From: a virus
Lineage: Duplodnaviria; Caudoviricetes
Length of the DNA stretch: 39,985 bases
Direction: 5' to 3' (one strand)
Virus record (IMG/VR): IMGVR_UViG_3300043103_000132
Span: 1-39,985 of that record
Part shown: one piece after another, positions 35,257-39,985 of the stretch
Position numbering within the stretch: position 1 is the first letter of the stretch
Layout of the letters: the number at the start of each line of letters is the position of its first letter
Made by a program: the position numbers and the translations under genes
Notes under the pieces: model-generated
What the model was told of the DNA's origin: nothing
What the model saw: only the letters and a program-made list of their open reading frames with translations
Databases searched by the model: none

Positions 35257-35979
35257 TTACTTCCAAGTACCGTCTGACTGACGGGTTACTTCTTGATAGC
35301 CCGGGGACGTAGGCTTGCGAGGTGCACGCGGGGCAGATGGAGCAGGAGGGGTAGGGGCAGAAGCTACTGGCTGCGCACCCGCCTTCGGCCCACCAGCCTT
35401 CTTAGCCTTAGAATTTGCAAGTGCGTTTGATACAGCGCTTCCTGCGGCTTCTCCAAGCTTAGCGCCGACTTCTCCGCCTACTGCGGCACCTGCAGGGTTC
35501 TTAACGGCTGCGGCTCCTAGGGCAGTTCCAATAGTGCCGCCAATTGCAGCACCTACCTCAGCACCGCGGCTCTTAGATCCTGTAGAAGGCTTAGGAGGGG
35601 TTTTAGCAGTCTGACGGCTACGTGTAGCAGCTGGTTTTGCTTCTGCCTTTGCTGCGGCCTCTGCTCGGCGCTGGGTGTAGGCGTTCTTTACGCCTCTGTC
35701 ACCGTACTCTACGCCACTGGCAAAAGTGCCTTCTGGAGATAGTTCGTGAGACTTACCTAGGTAATCAAGACGACGAGCGTGCTCACGGTTAGCGTAAGCA
35801 TCCATGTTTTCCCAGTGGGCTTGGCTAGGTTCGCCATTCCTACCAGATCTGTTAGATGGCCTATTGTCTGCAAAGTACTTGCCGGTAAGAATACCTGCAA
35901 GTACCGAGTTGTGGCCTCGGCTTGCTCCAGCCGCACTGGATATTTGATTTTGCGCTGCGCGCTCGATGTTTTCTGCCAT
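35257..35979 (-). CDS. Ala/Pro/Lys-rich protein with glycine-zipper segment (leaderless)
   Basis: GAEVGAAIGGTIGTALG...GAAVGGEVGAKLGEAAG; TACAAT 6 nt before ATG. Confidence 0.7.
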   Translation of the reverse strand: MAENIERAAQNQISSAAGASRGHNSVLAGILTGKYFADNRPSNRSGRNGEPSQAHWENMDAYANREHARRLDYLGKSHELSPEGTFASGVEYGDRGVKNAYTQRRAEAAAKAEAKPAATRSRQTAKTPPKPSTGSKSRGAEVGAAIGGTIGTALGAAAVKNPAGAAVGGEVGAKLGEAAGSAVSNALANSKAKKAGGPKAGAQPVASAPTPPAPSAPRAPRKPTSPGYQEVTRQSDGTWK

Positions 35980-35985
35980 GGTTCG

Positions 35986-36021
35986 ATTGTAGAGCGTTTT
36001 AATAATTAATTACTGCTAAAA
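35986..36021 (-). promoter_or_regulatory. Putative late promoter TTTTAG-N24-TACAAT, leaderless
   Basis: Motif spacing; ATG at +1. Confidence 0.6.
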
Positions 36022-36050
36022 GAAAAAACCCCAGCCGATTGGCTGGGGTT
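36018..36050 (-). terminator. Intrinsic terminator
   Basis: AACCCCAGCC-AATC-GGCTGGGGTT then TTTTCTTTT. Confidence 0.9.
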
Positions 36051-36065
36051 CTTCTTTGGGAGCTA

Positions 36066-37268
36066 TTAGCTTGCAGCTGCCCATGGGGTGATAGTGATTG
36101 TAGCGGTTGTTGCGATAGACGCAGCACCTGCTGCAGTTGACTGAGACTTGATAGTTCCAGCAACTGCCACAACTGCACCTGTAAGGCCTGTAAGAGCCAG
36201 TACTGTGGTTGCGGTTGATACGATTGTGAAGGTGTCGTCTGTGAGCTTAGTGATGGTGAAGGTTCCGTTAACACTTGAGTTACCAGTGGAAGAGATTGTG
36301 ACCTTGTTGCCGGTAACAAATCCGTGTCCTGCATCTGTAATAGTCGCAATTGCAGAACCTGCTGTACGAGATACTGCTGTAACAACTCCAGCTGCGTTAG
36401 TTGCAGCAGTAGCAGTGGTGATGTTAGCGGCCTCGTAGCCAGCGTCCTTTAGCGCGTCAAGAGCAACAGCAGTGGTTGCGCCTAGAACGTTAGGAACGAT
36501 GATGTAGCCGAGACCAGCGCCGTCAGCAGCTGTTAGTGCATCAGTTGCCTGAACCTTGCCGTACTGACCGGTAACAAGACCAGCGTTAGCAGAGTTAGTA
36601 ACTGTGAACGAAGTAGCGTTTACAGATGCCACAGTGGCGCTAGTAAGGTTGTATGCCGAAGCAGTTAGTCCGGTAATGTTTACAACTTCGCCAACAGTCA
36701 AGAAGTTCTGTGAGGTGTAGGTGACTGTGGTTCCGTTACCAGATGCAGCAGTAACGATGAAGTTACCTTCGCCAGCAACGAATAGAGGGTAGCCTGACCA
36801 TCCGGCCTCTGCGTCCGAGTGCCCGTCAAGAGCAGCGTTTAGTCGGTCTGAAGCAACCTGAGTAGTAGCCGACCAGTTGTAGTCTGCACCAACGCCTGGA
36901 AGGCGTCCAGCAGCAGCGGTAGCAACAGCAGTAGCGCCAGTAACAGCGGTTCCGGTAGCTGCGTTAGTTACAGTGAACTGTGTACCTGATACTGTACCAA
37001 CTGCTACGTTAGTCAAGTTAAACGCAGAAGTCGATAGACCAGTGATGGTTACGATCTCGCCTACCTGAAGAGTGTTAGCAGATGTGTAAGTTACAACGCC
37101 ACCTGAAGCCGAAGCCGCAGTAACAACGTAAGTCTTGTTCTGAGTCTGAGTAGAACCAGTGGTTCCACCAGTGTTGCTGATTGTAGCCGCACGGTCATCG
37201 TTTGGCTGCATAGGGAATTTTCCCCATACGAAATCTACGGCTTGCTGGCCGCTAGAATCTGTTGCCAT
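36066..37268 (-). CDS. Thr/Ala-rich virion surface protein with three beta-barrel repeats and a split PASTA-like domain
   Basis: IVPNVLGATTAVALDALKDAG...GTIKSQSTAAG; three 'L.VG..V.ITG...N...V..V...FT' repeats; own promoter and terminator; strong codon bias. Confidence 0.75.
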   Translation of the reverse strand: MATDSSGQQAVDFVWGKFPMQPNDDRAATISNTGGTTGSTQTQNKTYVVTAASASGGVVTYTSANTLQVGEIVTITGLSTSAFNLTNVAVGTVSGTQFTVTNAATGTAVTGATAVATAAAGRLPGVGADYNWSATTQVASDRLNAALDGHSDAEAGWSGYPLFVAGEGNFIVTAASGNGTTVTYTSQNFLTVGEVVNITGLTASAYNLTSATVASVNATSFTVTNSANAGLVTGQYGKVQATDALTAADGAGLGYIIVPNVLGATTAVALDALKDAGYEAANITTATAATNAAGVVTAVSRTAGSAIATITDAGHGFVTGNKVTISSTGNSSVNGTFTITKLTDDTFTIVSTATTVLALTGLTGAVVAVAGTIKSQSTAAGAASIATTATITITPWAAAS

Positions 37269-37327
37269 GGTTTTTTCCTTAATCTCTAGAGAAGTAGTTA
37301 CAGCGCCTGATCGGGACGCTACTAATA

Positions 37328-37363
37328 AGTATCGCGCCTAGGAGAAAGTTTAAAGGTCTAAAC
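37328..37363 (-). promoter_or_regulatory. Putative late promoter GTTTAG-N24-GATACT
   Basis: Motif spacing. Confidence 0.6.
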
Positions 37364-37375
37364 TAAATTATTTGT

Positions 37376-37528
37376 TTAGTAACCTTCAACACCGGAAGTG
37401 GAAGTGCTGGCAATAGATGGTGCAGAACCAGTAGCAGCAGGTGCCTCAGTAGGCTTGCTGCCCTCATTGCCGGTCGGGGTAGCAGCGCCCATAGAAGCGC
37501 CTGGAGTCTGAGTTGTGTTTGGGTACAT
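37376..37528 (-). CDS. 50-aa low-complexity Ser/Thr/Pro/Ala peptide
   Basis: Not in track; TAATG-coupled, GAGG RBS; MYPNTTQTPGASMGAATPTGNEGSKPTEAPAATGSAPSIASTSTSGVEGY. Confidence 0.55.
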   Translation of the reverse strand: MYPNTTQTPGASMGAATPTGNEGSKPTEAPAATGSAPSIASTSTSGVEGY

Positions 37529-37740
37529 TACTTGCCCTCTTTGTTTGTGGTGTGATCTACAACGTCATAACCATACATTCCATTGCCACGATCTGCGCGG
37601 TGCATTCTGACGTCCTTGCCCCAAATGTCTTTACCCATAGTCGAGGCAGCGCCGCAGTCAGGGCACGCCTCTAGGTTAGCTGGGTCGTGCTCACTTTGTA
37701 GCTTGCGCAGTTCAGCAAACTGATCTTTGTTTGGTTCCAT
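37528..37740 (-). CDS. Small protein with MEPxxxQF leader and CxxC
   Basis: TAATG-coupled. Confidence 0.7.
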   Translation of the reverse strand: MEPNKDQFAELRKLQSEHDPANLEACPDCGAASTMGKDIWGKDVRMHRADRGNGMYGYDVVDHTTNKEGK

Positions 37741-37964
37741 TAGTTTTCGTACGCTTTCTTTACTTTAAGCTCTCGGGCTCTGTGTTGAGTGATGTCCTGA
37801 AGTAACTGAGCGCCGGCACTGGTATAGGTTCCTGGCCCCTCGTACTCGCCTTCAAATTCGCTTGGATCAACTAAAGCAGCTCTCATAGTAGCTGCCTTCT
37901 GAGCAGCTTTAGACATTCCGTGCTCTTCTAGCAGGTCAGGCAGCTGCTTGTCCTTCGGCTCCAT
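37740..37964 (-). CDS. Small protein with MEPKDxQL leader
   Basis: TAATG-coupled. Confidence 0.7.
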   Translation of the reverse strand: MEPKDKQLPDLLEEHGMSKAAQKAATMRAALVDPSEFEGEYEGPGTYTSAGAQLLQDITQHRARELKVKKAYEN

Positions 37965-38296
37965 TACTTCTCGTTTTCCTTCTTGCCGGCACGACGCTTG
38001 TTTTCCTTAGCGGTGTTAGCTCCGTGCTTAAGTGGGCGAAGGTTCGACATCTTGTCGTCAGAGTGATTGTTGTTCTTGTGGTCGACGTCGGTGCCCTTTG
38101 GGAGCTTGCCGTGCTTCTGCTCATACTTGAACTTAGCAGCATCTACAGACGTGCGAGAACCGTCCTTGTTTACGACAGACATCATAGGGCGTCCGCCATT
38201 CTTAGCGGAACCCTTGAATGGTCCGTAGACCTTCTTACCATCTTTAGTGGTAGCGGCCTTAGTCTTAGCCTTGCTTGCTGGTTTCTTCTCAGCCAT
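37964..38296 (-). CDS. HNH endonuclease
   Basis: DVDHKNNNHSDDKMSNLRPL..GAN. Confidence 0.85.
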   Translation of the reverse strand: MAEKKPASKAKTKAATTKDGKKVYGPFKGSAKNGGRPMMSVVNKDGSRTSVDAAKFKYEQKHGKLPKGTDVDHKNNNHSDDKMSNLRPLKHGANTAKENKRRAGKKENEK

Positions 38297-38490
38297 TATT
38301 TCTTACCCTTATCGTCAGCGCGGGTCTCCAGGTCGGAAACGCAGTCGTCGCAGTAATTGTAATCCCCATAGAAGCCGTTGTGGAGCACGCCCTTGCAGTT
38401 GACGCAGTTAGGTAGCGGTCCGTTGACCTTGACAGGATTGTCCTTGCGCATGTGAGACATGTCGCCAAACTGATTGTCTTTAGACTCCAT
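38296..38490 (-). CDS. Small C4 zinc-finger protein with MESKDxQF leader
   Basis: CVNC...CDDC; GAGG RBS. Confidence 0.7.
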   Translation of the reverse strand: MESKDNQFGDMSHMRKDNPVKVNGPLPNCVNCKGVLHNGFYGDYNYCDDCVSDLETRADDKGKK

Positions 38491-38672
38491 TAGAAATTTC
38501 CTCTGTAAGGGTTGCGTGCGACGTCCGATGCCGCAATAGAAACATTGTACCGCTGAACAGCACCTCTAGGACCGGTAAAGATACGATCGTTTACTCTGTG
38601 TACATCAGCTTCAAAAACGGGCTTTTTTGGGGTAAATACACCCGATTGGAACTCGTGAACGCGGCCGGCCAT
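38490..38672 (-). CDS. Small basic protein
   Basis: TAATG-coupled on both sides. Confidence 0.65.
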   Translation of the reverse strand: MAGRVHEFQSGVFTPKKPVFEADVHRVNDRIFTGPRGAVQRYNVSIAASDVARNPYRGNF

Positions 38673-38845
38673 TAGTTCTCTTCCTTCTTTGGTTGCTCTT
38701 TTACTGACTTGTGCTTGATGCGGTTCTCAGGGTCGCCGCGGTAGGCGCTCATAGGACCGAATGGTGTACGACGCGCGATACGCTCGTCAGCCAGGTTGAT
38801 TACTTCCGCATCCTTCTTAGGGAGCTGCGAGTCTTTAGGTTCCAT
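38672..38845 (-). CDS. 57-aa protein with MEPKDxQL leader (leaderless mRNA)
   Basis: Not in track; MEPKDSQLPKKDAEVINLADERIARRTPFGPMSAYRGDPENRIKHKSVKEQPKKEEN. Confidence 0.7.
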   Translation of the reverse strand: MEPKDSQLPKKDAEVINLADERIARRTPFGPMSAYRGDPENRIKHKSVKEQPKKEEN

Positions 38846-38851
38846 CGTTCC

Positions 38852-38887
38852 ATTATCTACTAGCCGGGAAGCTCTAGCCCTGTAAAC
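38852..38887 (-). promoter_or_regulatory. Putative late promoter GTTTAC-N24-GATAAT, leaderless
   Basis: Motif spacing; ATG 6 nt after -10. Confidence 0.65.
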
Positions 38888-38892
38888 GTTCG

Positions 38893-38920
38893 ATTATACT
38901 TAAGATTTTTTGCATGTCAA
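38893..38920 (-). promoter_or_regulatory. Consensus housekeeping-sigma promoter TTGACA-N16-TATAAT
   Basis: Both hexamers perfect; spacer 16. Confidence 0.75.
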
Positions 38921-39082
38921 GCTAGCTATTCGGGCGCGCAGCAGACAAAGCTACTTCAACTCTTCCAATCATCTATTAAAGTAGCTATTCAAATATTTAA
39001 TGCAGATCTGCATGCGCCGCAGGAAAAAGTTACTATGCACGTTACCTGCTCCATACGATTGTTTAAGCAATAACCAAGAGAA

Positions 39083-39124
39083 CCCGCCGATCCCGCTGCG
39101 CCGCCGTGCCCGCCACCCCCGCCG
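39083..39124. repeat. Five (C/G)CCGC(C/T) units at ~9-bp period
   Basis: Copies at 39083, 39092, 39100, 39109, 39118. Confidence 0.6.
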
Positions 39125-39183
39125 TTTTAGGCTACTGCCTACCTTTTAGCACCTTCAATCGTTCCTGACACCTGGCGGGGTAG

Positions 39184-39199
39184 TCGAACAGATGTTCGA
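39184..39199. promoter_or_regulatory. LexA (SOS) box TCGAAC-AGAT-GTTCGA
   Basis: Perfect match to the actinobacterial TCGAAC-N4-GTTCGA consensus. Confidence 0.8.
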
Positions 39200-39217
39200 T
39201 TAACCCTACCCCCCTGA

Positions 39218-39233
39218 GCGAACAAGTGTTCGA
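39218..39233. promoter_or_regulatory. Second LexA (SOS) box GCGAAC-AAGT-GTTCGA
   Basis: One mismatch from consensus; 34 bp from the first box. Confidence 0.75.
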
Positions 39234-39376
39234 GAGCAGTCGTTATCAATCTGTTATAAAGTATGTCTGTTAGCAGGATTGTTAGGCACTAGATTAGTAG
39301 TAGTTGGAGGGAACCAACTAATCGGCTAGGCGATTACCTAGACACTATCCCGCAAGGGAGATAGGGGCTAGACACT

Positions 39377-39622
39377 ATGTCTATCTCATTATCGGTGTAT
39401 CTCTACAATGAAGAGAACGCCCGCATTACCGCTTACGCAGACAGCGATGGCGACATTCACGCTCGGCTTACCGCCGACAATGGACAAGGGGTTAGCGTGT
39501 TGCTATCACCTGCTCAGGCTAAGCAACTCAAAAAGTTGCTAGTCTCTAGTCTTGCCGAGAGCAAGGCTAACCGCAAGGCTAAGGCAGAAGCCGAAGCCGA
39601 AACCACTAGCGAAACCGACTAG
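39377..39622 (+). CDS. Hypothetical protein, first gene of the divergent (probably early) arm
   Basis: ORF; AGGGG upstream. Confidence 0.7.
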   Translation: MSISLSVYLYNEENARITAYADSDGDIHARLTADNGQGVSVLLSPAQAKQLKKLLVSSLAESKANRKAKAEAEAETTSETD

Positions 39623-39921
39623 TGGCTCTCTCAATCCAGCGTGAGGGGGTGGAGGACTTCCTCCGCTCCCTCAACGGCAAAATGTTCTCGGTCGTGTTCA
39701 CCAAGCGAACCACAGGTGAGACCCGCAAGATGTTGGCAACAACCAACTTCGCAAGCAAACTAAAAGGTGGAGACCCTGCCTATGACGCCAAGTCAAAAGG
39801 TTTGCTAGTTGTTCTTGATGTAGTCGCAAGCAAGGCAACCCCAGAGCGAGCAATCCGCTCTATCCCGCTAGACGCAGTTAGCGAAATCCACGCTAAAGGC
39901 GAGGTTTACCAAGTCAAGTAG
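39622..39921 (+). CDS. Stand-alone SH3/Sm-like beta-barrel protein (WYL_2/DUF2693-like)
   Basis: FSVVFTKRTTGETRKMLAT...LLVVLDV...IRSIPLD pattern. Confidence 0.6.
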   Translation: MALSIQREGVEDFLRSLNGKMFSVVFTKRTTGETRKMLATTNFASKLKGGDPAYDAKSKGLLVVLDVVASKATPERAIRSIPLDAVSEIHAKGEVYQVK

Positions 39922-39924
39922 AGC

Positions 39925-39948
39925 AGGGCGGGGCGCAAGCCCCGCTCT
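39925..39948 (+). other. GNRA-capped hairpin without U-tract
   Basis: AGGGCGGGGC-GCAA-GCCCCGCTCT; the next gene starts at 39973 after AGGAG. Confidence 0.65.
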
Positions 39949-39985
39949 CTCCCAACTCTTAGGAGCAATCAAATGTATAAATGTT

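Noticed and set aside
37964-38296. HNH as an intron-encoded homing endonuclease
   Set aside because: TAATG-coupled to both neighbours and interrupts no gene
38921-39376. tRNA or CRISPR array in the long intergenic region
   Set aside because: No cloverleaf or repeat-spacer structure; the GTTCGA matches belong to the palindromic boxes

Overview
Late (virion) arm of a tailed phage with a contractile tail. About 50 genes lie on the minus strand, many coupled by TAATG/GTGA overlaps: HNH nuclease and small proteins, terminase, portal, scaffold, N4-gp56-like capsid, head-tail adaptor, an accessory fibre/glycosyltransferase island, a cluster of very basic mini-proteins, then sheath, tube, chaperone, M23-tipped tape measure and baseplate. 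At ~38.9-39.4 kb a non-coding divergence point carries two LexA (SOS)-type boxes, and plus-strand genes begin. The SOS boxes, leaderless starts and a PASTA domain suggest an actinobacterial host (inference). Most interesting: (1) a collinear 'plug-and-socket' fibre system, in which matching N- and C-terminal motifs appear to chain separate proteins and dock interchangeable tips; (2) a ~70-nt RNA with its own promoter and terminator, displaying a perfect anti-Shine-Dalgarno sequence just upstream of terminase; (3) a recurring promoter GTTTAN-N24/25-(-10); (4) a +1 frameshift candidate at UUU_CGU in the tail chaperone; (5) accessory domains inserted inside core baseplate proteins; (6) shared N-terminal leaders on unrelated mini-proteins; (7) a 17-aa Cys4 peptide. 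All family assignments come from recognising motifs by eye, not from database searches.
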